In this document: positions 10,937 through 21,972 of the stretch, piece by piece
Layout of the letters: every line of letters begins with the position of its first letter
How positions within the stretch are numbered: the first letter of the stretch is position 1
Origin: Octopus sinensis
Lineage: Eukaryota
NCBI RefSeq assembly: GCF_006345805.1
Contig: NW_021833539.1
Span: forward strand, 1-28,313
DNA: 28,313 bases
Reading direction: 5' to 3'
Notes under the pieces: model-generated
The model's input: only the letters and a program-made list of their open reading frames with translations
Databases searched by the model: none
Told to the model about the DNA's origin: nothing
Translations under genes and position numbers: made by a program

Positions 10937-11307
10937 CATTTCTCATTAGTAACCAACGCACATTGTTCTGAGACAGAACATTTCCCAGCCGTCTTTAAAA
11001 AACGTTGCTATGGATCGCTACATTTTGCTACCCTAACCAGCAGTGCTATATTATTGAAAATTTCCCCGCATTGGCCAACGTAGATGGCTATGAATTAAAT
11101 ATTTCCCAGACATAACCACCGTATTTTGTTGTGAGACAAGGCAATTCCCAGCTTTAAAAAACATACATTGCTATGATTCAAACATTTCTCGGACATAACC
11201 AACATATTTTGTTGTGAGACAGGGCAGTTCCCAGTCACAACCAGCATCCATGTCCATGATACAAACATTTCCCGGCCGTAACCAACATGCATTACTATAC
11301 TACAACC
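10937..11307 (+). repeat. Diverged 41/42-bp minisatellite, about 9 monomers with an alternating 83-bp dimer
   Basis: Monomers begin with a CATTTCCCRG-like motif at 10937, 10979, 11021, 11059, 11100, 11142, 11183, 11225 and 11266. Confidence 0.8.
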
Positions 11308-11329
11308 CATCTAAACATCCGCATTTTTC

Positions 11330-12150
11330 TGTGAATAAATCCCTAGTTATGTTTAAGTTTTTAACAGGTACCGCATCCGGACTCACATGTTTCAAATCCG
11401 GTATAGATTTCCAAAGACTTGCTCCATGGATAACTCAAAATGTGGACTGGACCCTCACTTTTCGCGTTATCGTGAATTTCCTTTAAAATGCCTTCAAAAT
11501 GTTTTCCTGTTTGTAAAGATGCGTCATCTCTTGTTAAGTTCGCCAATTTATTCCAAAGTAAACCAGTTCTAACCAAGATTCTTGGACAGTCGCTGCTTGT
11601 TTCTTTAATGGTTCGACTAACATTACTCTCCAGTAATTTCAAAATTATCTTCAATTCCTCGAATATATTCAGTTAGTAATGTTATGTCTTAGATTCTAGC
11701 ACTCTCATCTAATACCACTGAGAACCATTCAAATGATTCGCCAGCCTGGAATTGCCGTTCTGACAGATTCTGCGAAATGGCATCAATAACATAAACCAAT
11801 GTCTTCTTTGACAGAGTTATAGTTTCAATTCCTGTTTTCCCTTCCAGACTGACAACATTAACGACATCAAACATTCATCCCTTAAAAATTCTGCTTCAGA
11901 AAACAATTTGCTGTGTTTGGCAGTTTTATGAGGAAGCATAAAAACGGTCTTCGTGATAGATTCTTCTATGACTGTTTGTTTAATAAAAAGAAGAAGAAAA
12001 AACCTGGCTGTTGTTTTAAATCTCTGAACTGAACTCACAGCAGGTTTTTTGCCCAAATTACGGCACTTCGTCTGAAAATGTCTCTTCAACTTTTGTTGTA
12101 TCTCGGGAGGGCCATTATATCAACAATAAACACACGCAGTGGTTCAATTT
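11330..12150 (-). pseudogene. Decayed hAT-superfamily transposase (GTF2IRD2/ZBED5/Charlie-Buster type), N-terminal half
   Basis: Motifs appear in the expected order across frameshifts: KRHFQTK (BED-like end, about 12069-12086), TAKHSKLFSEAEFL, ITLSKKT..IDAISQNL, FEWFSVVLDES (first catalytic D, 11701-11709), stop, DITLLTEYIRGIEDNFEIT, TIKET, LWNKLANLTRDDA (TTDGA equivalent, 11520-11534), then *VIH (decayed CxxH) and DLKHV. Confidence 0.88.
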
Positions 12151-13207
12151 CACTTCGTTATTTTTAATTGTCAAGTGGTTAACCATTTAACTAATAACTA
12201 ATTAATTCTTTGATTAATAGTTCTGTCAGTCAGTTAATCAGCTGGGTTTGTCAAAGTCCTCTCGTCGCCATTCGCTACCTCATCAATAACATGCGCCCTC
12301 CACACCAGATCTGCTTAAAATCTATTCAGAAACGCAATCTCGGTGTATTAAGCACACTGCACCTACCTATTCTAATATTTGCAAAGAAACACTTGTTCGG
12401 TCATACTTTCATAATTACAAAATATTTGGCAATAATTTCCGGGGGGGTGGGGTGATTCGTGATTTATTTTGCAGAGTTTTGTTGTTTTTTGTTTGCTTGT
12501 TTGTTTGTTTGTTTTGGTACGAGTTTTATGAGCCAAGCAATTAACAAGATGCAGGATTTATATGGAGTTATGTCCTCTTGGATGAGCAGGCAGTGAGTTA
12601 AAGGGACATCATCTACCTTGGGTCCGTTGGGGCGTCTCTGGGCGATCGTCTTCTAGAATTAATCCCGTGATACGCTTATTATCCTGTGGCTGGGACCATG
12701 ACAGTTCTTATTAAGGTACAATTTGAAAAGCCTTAATATAAAACATTTGATGATTATAGCTCATGTTTTGAGCGATGTTTATTGTATTTTGTTTCCAAAA
12801 TGGTGGGATTATTAGACCGACAGACAATGAAGAGGTGTGAACGCAATATTTTATTAAAGTAGAAATGAAATAAATGTGTCATAAAAATATTTGGTTTTAA
12901 AGGAAACCGACAGGAAACGTAATTACATAAAACATTGAATATTTAACAAGAAAATCTTTCTTCTCCATTAGAGAGAGATATTGTCCATGATAATATTGAT
13001 TGAAGACAAATTGGTGTTGACACGAATATTAATTAGTTATTTCTCTTTAAAGGTCGTTGTTCTCCAGGATAAAAGAAATTATAGAACAAGTAAACAAAAA
13101 TTAAATAAGTAAAAACTAGCAGAGAAATGTGAATTTCAAATCGTGGGACGGAAGGTTCTGACATATTTCTGTTTTAACTTGTCATTTGTCTTATTTTTCT
13201 CATCACA

Positions 13208-13438
13208 TCTCTGACATATTTCTCTCATATCTCTTGTCATTTCTGTCATATTTCTGTCATATTTCTCTGATATTTCCGTCACACTTTTCAGATATTCTTG
13301 TAATATTTCTCTCAAATTCTTGTCCTATTTCTCTAATATTTCTGTCATATCCTTGTCCTATTCCTCTCACATTTCTCTCATATTCTTCTCCTATATCTCT
13401 CACACTTCTCTCATTCTTCTGTCGTATCTCCTGTCATA
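13208..13438 (+). repeat. 11-bp periodic array, consensus TTTCTSTCATA, about 20 units
   Basis: Seventeen consecutive exact 11-nt units from 13240 to 13426, with many substitutions but no indels. Confidence 0.88.
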
Positions 13439-13599
13439 AAATCAAATCCTAGAATTCAACGAAAACATTTTCTGCCTCTCATTGTCATTTAGCCCCAGGC
13501 CAGAGAGTCAAGTTTTATATATTCTTTAGTTTTCTAAAACAACTTTAAAATATAATTTTATATGCCAGAATTGTTTAGATCTTGGCTTTATACAGTATG

Positions 13600-13849
13600 A
13601 GTGTTCAGCTTTTGCACAAATGCTTCGCTTATAGTGATCAAATGGTCATGCCGCACGTTAGCTCACTTTCTCCATCAAATCGACATTGTCTGAACAGGGG
13701 CACAGTGTGCCACACGTCAGGTGTCGAAGTGCTCACAGAGCAACATGAGATGAAGTGTTTTGCTCAAGAACACAACACACCACCCGATTGAGGAATTGAA
13801 ATCACGACCACTAGATCTTGAGCTCAACACCCTAACCACTAAGCCATGT
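13600..13849 (-). mobile_element. tRNA-derived SINE, family C, copy 1
   Basis: The minus-strand head catggcttagtggttagggtgttgagc...gtgatttcaattcc has an A box and a degenerate B box, followed by gtgttcttgagcaaaacactt. Confidence 0.75.
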
Positions 13850-13884
13850 ATATGATTGACTCTCTCGTCGAAGACGACGCATGA

Positions 13885-14090
13885 AGTGTTCAGCTTTTGC
13901 CGTATGACCTGCACAAATGCTTCGCTTATAGTGATCAAAGGTGTGTGCTGTACATTAGCTCACCTGTCCCGCCATCAAATCGACGCTGCCTGAACAGGTG
14001 CACGGTGTTGTCTGAACAGACGCTACATCCAGTCTCGGAACTGAAACCTCGATCGCTAAATCTCGAATTACAATGCACCATCACATCACT
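13885..14090 (-). mobile_element. SINE family C, copy 2 (more decayed head)
   Basis: Shares agtgttcagcttttg, an identical 28-mer cacaaatgcttcgcttatagtgatcaaa, ccatcaaatcgac and ctgaacagg with copy 1. Confidence 0.7.
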
Positions 14091-14509
14091 TCTTACACAT
14101 CACACATATAAACGCTGCGCATGTGATCTTCAACGCGTGACAGATATGTTATAAACGGTTTCCATATTAATTTAGCTTCAACTGGTTGTTATAAATAATA
14201 TTCAAGTTATTTCTAGCAGTCACTGCTTCTTTCTAAATAGCTTCGGAGTAATTTTTTCCAAGAAGCGATGGCAAATATCAATAGAGAGTGTGTTAGTTTT
14301 CACAGAAGTTAAGATGTCATAAATAGAAGCCAGGTTATAAATAACAGCAGCTTGCTCTACTAAATACAGTTTCTCTGCTATCTTTAGTAGCGAGTTGCTA
14401 TAAATAATCTGTATATTATTGTTAATTAGAGGCTGGTGTTACGCGTAGTCGCCGCCATGTTGTTGTGAACAAGAGTTGGGCGTTAGAAATATATAATCGG
14501 CATGTTAGT

Positions 14510-14544
14510 GTTCGTGTGTGTGTATGCGCGTGTGTGTGTGTGTA

Positions 14545-14582
<38 letters not shown>

Positions 14583-14593
14583 TGTGTGTGTGT

Positions 14594-14652
<59 letters not shown>

Positions 14653-14875
14653 CGATGTGGTGGTAGGTATGCTGTAAATAATCCACATATATTGAGCAAG
14701 CATAAATATAACTTTGCCTAGCGAATAAAATTCAGACAAAAGACCGTGTCGCCCCTTTCTCTCCTCTCTCTCTCTCTCTCTATCATTCTCCCTTTCTTTC
14801 TCTCCTCTACCTGTTCTTATACATACACACACACACATATATATGCTTATATATATATATGTGTGTGTGTGTGTG

Positions 14876-14909
<34 letters not shown>

Positions 14910-14970
14910 GCGTGTGTGTATGTATATGTGTGGTATGTATGCATGTATGCATGTATATACATGTGTGTGT
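14510..14970. repeat. (TG)n, (CT)n and TA/TG compound microsatellites
   Basis: Seen directly. Confidence 0.92.
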
Positions 14971-14972
14971 GT

Positions 14973-15412
14973 GGAGGCGCAATGGACCAGTGGTTAGGGT
15001 TAGCGGACTCGCAGTCGTGCGATCGTGGTTTCGATTCCCAAACCGGGCGTTGTGAGTGCTTATTGAGCAAAAACACTTAAAGCTCCACGAGGCTCCGGCA
15101 CGGGGTAGTGGCGAAACCTGCTGTACTCTTTCACCACAACTTTCTCTCATTCTTTCTTCTTGTTTCTGTTGCACCTGTATTTCAAAGGGACAGCCTTATC
15201 ACACTCTGTGTCACGCTGAATCACCCACCCACTCCAACATCGCTTGACAACCGACATTGGTGTCTTTATGTCCCCCGTAAGCTAGCGGTTCGGCAAAAGA
15301 CACCGATAGAATAAGTACTAGGCTTACAAAGAATAAGTCCTGGAGTCGATTTGCTCGACTAAAGGCGGTGCTCCAGCATGTCCGCAGTCAAATGACTGAA
15401 ACAAATAAAAGA
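14973..15412 (+). mobile_element. tRNA-derived SINE, family B, full length (about 440 bp)
   Basis: A box TGGACCAGTGG (14983-14993), B-box-like GTTTCGATTCC (15028-15038), and the tail ...ggcggtgctccagcatg...aatgactgaaacaaataaaaga followed by an A-rich end. Related segments lie at 3860, 4245, 18058, 21793 and 22040. Confidence 0.88.
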
Positions 15413-15439
15413 AAAAAAGAAAGTGTGTGTGTGTGTGTA

Positions 15440-15590
15440 CACGACGGGCTTCCACAGTTTCCGTGAACCAAATTCATTCACAAGGTATTTCTCAGATTGG
15501 GGTTATAGTAGGAAACGGTAACCCGAGGTGCAATAATGTGAGACTGAACCCGACAACACATGACTGCAAAGCCAATTTCTTAACGACTTC
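15440..15590 (-). mobile_element. Degenerate SINE, family D
   Basis: acgacgggcttccacagtttccgtgaaccaaattcattcacaagg is the reverse complement of a tail also seen at 17874-17916. A decayed head follows (gagactgaacccg...cttaacgac). Confidence 0.6.
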
Positions 15591-15693
15591 GAATGTGACA
15601 AGTTCTAAAAGCCATGGGTGGAACTCCGTCGAGAAATGCGGTGGAACTCACTCTATCTTGAACAAAACGTTCCTCTTCTCATCCATTCCTCAC

Positions 15694-15766
15694 CTCCAAC
15701 CATTTTCTCCTCTTCGTCTATCTTCTTCTTCCAAATTTCTTTCTCTTCAACGCCACGTCCCGCCAT
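15694..15766 (-). CDS. Possible first coding exon MAGRGVEEKEIWKKKIDEEEKMVG
   Basis: ATG in context tcaATGG at 15766, a purine-rich open frame, and a donor GAG|GTGAGG (phase 1). No family recognised. Confidence 0.2.
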
Positions 15767-15904
15767 TGACAAACTGTCGTCTGCTTCTTGCCGTGTGACG
15801 TCGCCATTGTTGGTTTCACTTAACCAATTCACTAATTACATTTATTTTAATTGGAAATCGATGGAAAAGAGAGATAACTAAATGAATCAAAGGAATAAAT
15901 ATAC

Positions 15905-15953
15905 AAATAACAACAATAATAACAATAATAACAACAACAACAACAACAGCAAC

Positions 15954-15988
<35 letters not shown>

Positions 15989-16067
15989 CAACAACAACAA
16001 TAAAAACAATAACTGTAATCGATGTCGATTTTGTAAAATTATTGCTTCAAGTGACTTTTTATCGTAT

Positions 16068-16098
<31 letters not shown>

Positions 16099-16900
16099 CG
16101 TCAGCAGTGGCGGAGGTGGGTTTGTGGCGATGGATATGGTTGGGGTGACGCTGACGGTGACGTAAGTAGTTGTAATAATAGTGATTGAGATAGTGGCGGT
16201 AGTGGTGGTGGTCGTCGTCGTCGTGATGGTGAAATGTGTCGTTTGGCGGCGGCGACGGCGACGGTGGCGGTGGCGGTGGCAGTGGTGGTGGTGGTCGTCG
16301 TCGTCGTGATGGTGAAAGGTGTCGTTTGGCGGCGGCGACGGCGACGGTGGCGGTGGCGGTGGTGGCGACACTGATTGAAGTGGTGATGGTAGTGATGGTC
16401 GTAATGATAAGAGTATTGATGGTGGTGGAGGTGGTTGGTGCTGGTGGTCGACTCCGTGATGACGTTGATGATGATCATGATGGTGATTAGTGGTGGTGGT
16501 GGTGGTGGTGGTGGTGGTAGTGGCAGCGACGCCGCTGCTACTTTGAGTCGGTTGTGATGATGAAGAGGAGAAAGAGGAGCAGGAGGCTGAAGAGGACGGG
16601 GATTACGGTAATGGTTAAGGGGATGATGGTGCTATTGGTATTTGAACTGGTGACGATGACGATGACGACGACGATAGAGGTTATGATGGCGACGGTGGTG
16701 ATGGTGGTGACACGATTGATGAGGGTTGTAATGGTGGTGGTGGTGACGGCAATGATTTTGCATTTCTCAAAACTCTGCTGCGAGAAGCGGAATTGCTGAT
16801 GTGCGTTGAATGTCTATAGTAGTAGTAGTAATAGTATAGCGTAGTAGTGGTGGTGTGGGGTGGTATGGTAGTGTGTGTGGTGGTGGTGGTCTGATCAATT
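15905..16900. repeat. (AAC/AAT)n, (GTT)n and GGT/GGC/GAT trinucleotide mosaics, including an 80/83-bp tandem duplication at 16201-16363
   Basis: Seen directly. Confidence 0.92.
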
Positions 16901-17366
16901 TGAAAATGCAATTCCCCAATATATTATTTTCTTCTTTTTTTTCATTTATTTTTCATTTATTTTTTGTTTTATCGAAATTATTATTATTATTATTATTATT
17001 AATTTCAATTATTCGAATGTCTTTCACTTAATGCGTATTTATATTTATTACTTCTTTATATGTATATATATTTTATATATATTTTATATATATTTTATTA
17101 TATATATAATTTTTTGTATTTTCATTATTTTTGTTTATATATCATTTATGTTTATTTTCATTTATTTGCTAGAAAATTTATTTCATTAACGATTTGGTGA
17201 AATTGAAGTGGGGGGGTGCGAAGGAAGGAGAGGGGGGGTGTTTGTATTTCGGCCTCGGTTCAAGATGGCGTCTAACGTGCTGTGTGTCGAATAGAGCAGT
17301 TTTTGGTGGCTTGTGAAAATGTCGCTAGTTCCGTTCTAATAGTTGCGTGATAGTTTTTACTCGTTT

Positions 17367-17367
<1 letters not shown>

Positions 17368-17409
<42 letters not shown>

Positions 17410-17714
17410 TGCGTGTGTGTGCTTGTGTGTGTTTGTGTGTGTTTGTGTGTGTATGTGTGTATGTATTTGTGTGTGTGTGTTTGTATGTTTGTGTTGTGTG
17501 TGTGTTTGTGTGTGTTTGTGTGTGTATGTGTGTATGTATTTGTGTGTGTGTGTTTGTATGTTTGTGTGTGTGTGTGTGTGTGTGTTTGTGTGTTTTTGTG
17601 TTTGTGTGTGTGTGCGCGCGCGTGTCTTTATACTTGCAAACTTTTGTTTGTATGTGTGTGTCTGGTTGGTGTCAAAGTGTATGCACGTGTTTCTGTATCT
17701 GTGAGTACATGTGC

Positions 17715-17753
<39 letters not shown>
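17368..17753 (+). repeat. Interrupted (TG)n array followed by (GA)n
   Basis: Seen directly. Confidence 0.95.
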
Positions 17754-17755
<2 letters not shown>

Positions 17756-17873
17756 TATGTGGTAGACCAGAAATCACATCGAGCTCACATGGCCACCACC
17801 CCCAACAACTGTAACTAAATCCAGAGTCAGCTGAAGGTATTTCCTTTACCGTAAACTTAGATCAACCCAAGAT

Positions 17874-17916
17874 TTGTGAGTGAACTTGTGGCTAGAAGGA
17901 GACTGGAAAGAAGCCC
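17874..17916 (+). mobile_element. SINE family D 3' fragment
   Basis: ttgtgagtgaacttg..tagaaggagactggaaagaagccc is similar to the reverse complement of 15440-15485. Confidence 0.5.
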
Positions 17917-18057
17917 ATCAGATCGATTCCTAATTTAAAGGTCTGACCTTGTAACACGGAGTCACGCTGATTGTCACTGAGAATTACTTTAAGGGGATAA
18001 GTATCTGCGGAATACTCAACCACTTTTCATGCTAATTCAATATATTTTATTCTTTAA

Positions 18058-18107
18058 CTCTTTTACTCGTTTCAGCCACGCGGTTGCGGTCAAGCTGGAG
18101 CACCACT
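18058..18107 (-). mobile_element. SINE family B 3' tail fragment
   Basis: Reverse complement gtggtgctccagcttgaccgcaaccgcgtggctgaaacgagtaaaagag matches the tails at 15365-15412 and 22200-22245. Confidence 0.7.
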
Positions 18108-19669
18108 GTAGAAAGAATGAAAAACGCCTAAAGCCCGCCTACATTACGATAATGCCCCACGATTCAATCATGAAGTTGAGGCCCAGTGCAAGCACTCATG
18201 CTTACACGCACTAGTATACCCGTGTCGTCAAAAACAAGGACAGTTTTTGGAATTATTGGGAAGAAAGGTGCATCCTTCAAACCGACAGGTGAAACTGTTG
18301 ATTGATTTCTTACCTAAACACTTCAGACGTTATATTTAATGGTAAAATATAACCCTTTGATCCTATCTAAACAGCTGATACCAATAAAAGCGATAGTACA
18401 TGCTGCTCTCTTTAAAAAGATGAGTCACGTCGATATAGTATTAAGTATGTAGACTCTTCTGTGGTGAAAAATGGCGGCTTTTTAACTTATAACATTTTCA
18501 CTGAGGCACTAAATTGTTAACACGATAGATGAGCAAATGTTTGATTGATTTACTGTCAGCAACCTTTAACTACAGAAGGGTATCAGAAACGTAATTGAAA
18601 ATATAGTTTCATTATGGACTACTTCCGTTCTTTAAATAGTTTCATTATTGAATACTTTCGTTCTTTCGATGTAAGCATATATATTGTTACTGACAGCAAC
18701 GGATATCTTTAAATTAACACTATACACTAACAACTTTAGTAATACGCGGCATCCCTTTCTCCTTTTTAATTTTTTTTTTCAAATTATTTTAGTTTTATTT
18801 TACTTAATAAGGAAACAATTGTTTGGTCGAACTAGTGTAGATGCTTATGATAAAATTTTTACCCATAATTCAGAGCGGTGACCAACCACGTGATTTCATT
18901 TATATTATCCTTATTGATAAGTTATTTTAAAATTCAATCTTGGCATTCAATAAGGTAAGTCTTTAAATAACGGAAGTGTTCCATAATGAATTTGTGTACC
19001 TTTTCGATTATGCCTTCGATATCCTTCCATAGATAACACAAGCGACAGTCAATCGATGGCACCCGCGCTCTTCACCACTTTTCGGCGGTTTAATAAAAGT
19101 TATGTATATTTTGAAAAATTAATTATAAATGCTAACACTAAACCTATGAAAATATTTATTCCAACGTTATTTACAAAACTTTGAACGTGACTATATTCCT
19201 AATTTCGGTAGAAACAGTAGACAAATTTCTTTCCATGGTAGCAAGAGGTCAAAATTTCAGATTTCATATTCAGCGAGCCGTGTGCTTGTTTCAGAATATG
19301 AAGGCTATCGAGTAGACATAGACTGCATTGTCTCGTACAATTGTTGTATAGAAGAGTTGCATCTGCGATGTCTCACATCATGCGAGCGTTTTAGATTCTT
19401 TTGTCTTTTCATTTTCAGACTGAGATGAAGTGATGGAATCCTAGCTATGGCCTACATATATGTCGGTGCAGATTGTATCTGATATTAAACATGTTCACCA
19501 TGACCTTCTAATTTTTCTCAGTAGCATCAGTGAGCGTTATACTTACACTATTTATACTTCCGCTTTAGTGAGACGGTATAACTTAAGTTGGCAATTATAG
19601 AAGGTTCTGAAATCGTAGGAGAACTGTTAAAGTGTTCAGATTGTTAACTGAGAGTATGTTTAAATCGTG

Positions 19670-19802
19670 ATGTGGGAGCTAAGAAACAATGCTACCCAGG
19701 CAACTATAACCAACCTTAACGTTCTCACAGTTAAAGAGCTTGTAATATTTACGTCTAGCTGGAAAATATTATTCTTAAAAAACATTGAAGATTCTGGAGT
19801 AT
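19670..19802 (+). CDS. Possible coding exon with a globin A/B-helix-like pattern (speculative)
   Basis: Open frame MWELRNNATQATITNLNVLTVKELVIFTSSWKILFLKNIEDSGV ends at overlapping consensus donors GGA|GTATGT (19799) and TAT|GTAAGT (19803). An alternative internal acceptor ends at 19730. Confidence 0.25.
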
Positions 19803-19943
19803 GTAAGTGATTAATTTCATTGATGAGATTGGATCGAACATCATAATTTGAAATAAAATAAAATACACAGATGCACATACAGGCACACATCGACACAAAA
19901 ACGCGCGCACGGACACATACGCACACCTACACACGGAGGGAGA

Positions 19944-19944
<1 letters not shown>

Positions 19945-19989
<45 letters not shown>

Positions 19990-20433
19990 ATATTATATAT
20001 ATATATATAATGCACACATATACTTATACACATATATACTAATACGAATATGTACTTATACACACATATTTAGAGAATCTAAATAAAAAAAGAAAAAATA
20101 GAACGGCTGCAAAGAATTTCCAATAAAAATATTATCCCGTGGCAGGAATTTGGATTGGTCTAATGCATCAGTCTGAAGAATTTGCTTAGAATTGTGGCAG
20201 CACAAAGAATGGTTCTTTTCAGAGAAATCTCAGACTTTTTCAAAACAATTTTGTCTTCGATTGGAAATCGTTAAATTACTGGTTGTATATATTTATACAT
20301 ACATACATACATACATACATGTGCGTTTATATATATATATGTGTGTGTATGTGTGAATGTGTGTGTATATATACATGTACATATATATAGGTATATATAT
20401 ACATATATATACAAATATACATATATATATACT

Positions 20434-20475
<42 letters not shown>

Positions 20476-20603
20476 CATACGAGTAGAAACACAGAGACTG
20501 TTTCAATAAAAGTGCACTTGAATACATATGTATAAATGTGTATGTATATACATATACACACACACATATATATACACACACTATATACACACACACACAT
20601 ATG

Positions 20604-20635
<32 letters not shown>

Positions 20636-20936
20636 CACACAGATATATACATATATGCATATATATATATTCATATATTTGTATGTATATGTCTATGTAT
20701 ATACATATATATGTGTACCCACACACATTCACACGTAAACACACACACACACGCACACACACAAGTAGATATGACCCATTGTATAGCATAAAGAAAAATC
20801 TACAATATCTCTATCGATTACAATAGATGAATGGCGACCAATTAAAATTATTATTTGCGTTTTAACGATGTCATCTCTTTCCTTCTCTCTCTTTCTTCCC
20901 CCTCTCTCTTTCTATCTCTCTCTCCTTCTCTCTTTC

Positions 20937-20971
<35 letters not shown>

Positions 20972-21090
20972 ACCATTCAAAACACATTCACACGCACAAA
21001 TACATAGATAAAGAGAGAAAGAGATACATACCTATGTACAAACATAGCTACATATACACACATATATGCATACCAAATATATATAATATA

Positions 21091-21137
<47 letters not shown>

Positions 21138-21244
21138 TATATTATATATATATATATATATATATAAGGATATATGCACGTTTTCTATATATATAGATAT
21201 ATATGTATATATCTATATTTGTCTCTATCCCTCTAGCTCTCTAT

Positions 21245-21323
<79 letters not shown>

Positions 21324-21448
21324 TATATGTCAATGTATACACATATAAATATACATATATACACAACATATATAAATATATATTTATATATAGTAACATA
21401 AATGATATATATATATGCATATATAGACACATATATGTACATAATACG

Positions 21449-21507
<59 letters not shown>
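19945..21507. repeat. Multiple long (TA)n, CA/TG and (CT)n compound microsatellites with short unique spacers
   Basis: Seen directly. Confidence 0.9.
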
Positions 21508-21509
<2 letters not shown>

Positions 21510-21529
21510 GCACGGACGTCACAAAAACC

Positions 21530-21790
21530 TAAATAAACATGAAATACGAAAATAACGTTGGGTTCGCAAAAAACGAGAGAAACAAATGGAGAACAAAATA
21601 ACTAACATAAAAAAACGACCCTTCATCAGTTGTTGGCTGTCCTTCTACTCCTTATTTCGAGCATTCAAACAACAAGATAAGACTTTGAAAGCAGCTGCTC
21701 CCGCGAACCGAAATAAAAAAATTAGGGTCAAAGTTGGTAACAAAAACTGGACATACTGCAAACCAAATGAAACGAATACAAGCAAGAAGG
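21530..21790 (-). mobile_element. Unclassified repeat fragment next to (TA)n, possibly a PLE terminus
   Basis: The minus strand has CTGATGA-A-GGGT...ACCC-AACGTT and a second GCTCGAAA. It resembles an octopus repeat from memory. Confidence 0.35.
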
Positions 21791-21792
21791 GC

Positions 21793-21941
21793 TTCAAAGG
21801 CCGGACCATGTCGCAATCTTCTTCAGTATTCAAGTGTCTGCGGAGTACTCGGCCAGTTGCACTATCATTCAGAAAGTAGGGTATCTGAGAGAAGACCGTC
21901 TATCAATATTATATATATTATTATATATATAATATATATAT

Positions 21942-21972
<31 letters not shown>

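Noticed and set aside
11330-12460. Domesticated GTF2IRD2-like host gene
   Set aside because: Multiple stops and frameshifts, plus altered catalytic-region motifs (TRDDA, loss of the CxxH cysteine), indicate a neutral fossil.
14973-15045. tRNA gene (also 2128-2212, 4245-4321 and 13780-13849)
   Set aside because: A and B boxes are present, but I cannot close an acceptor stem or a full cloverleaf, and each intact head continues into a SINE body or matches one that does.
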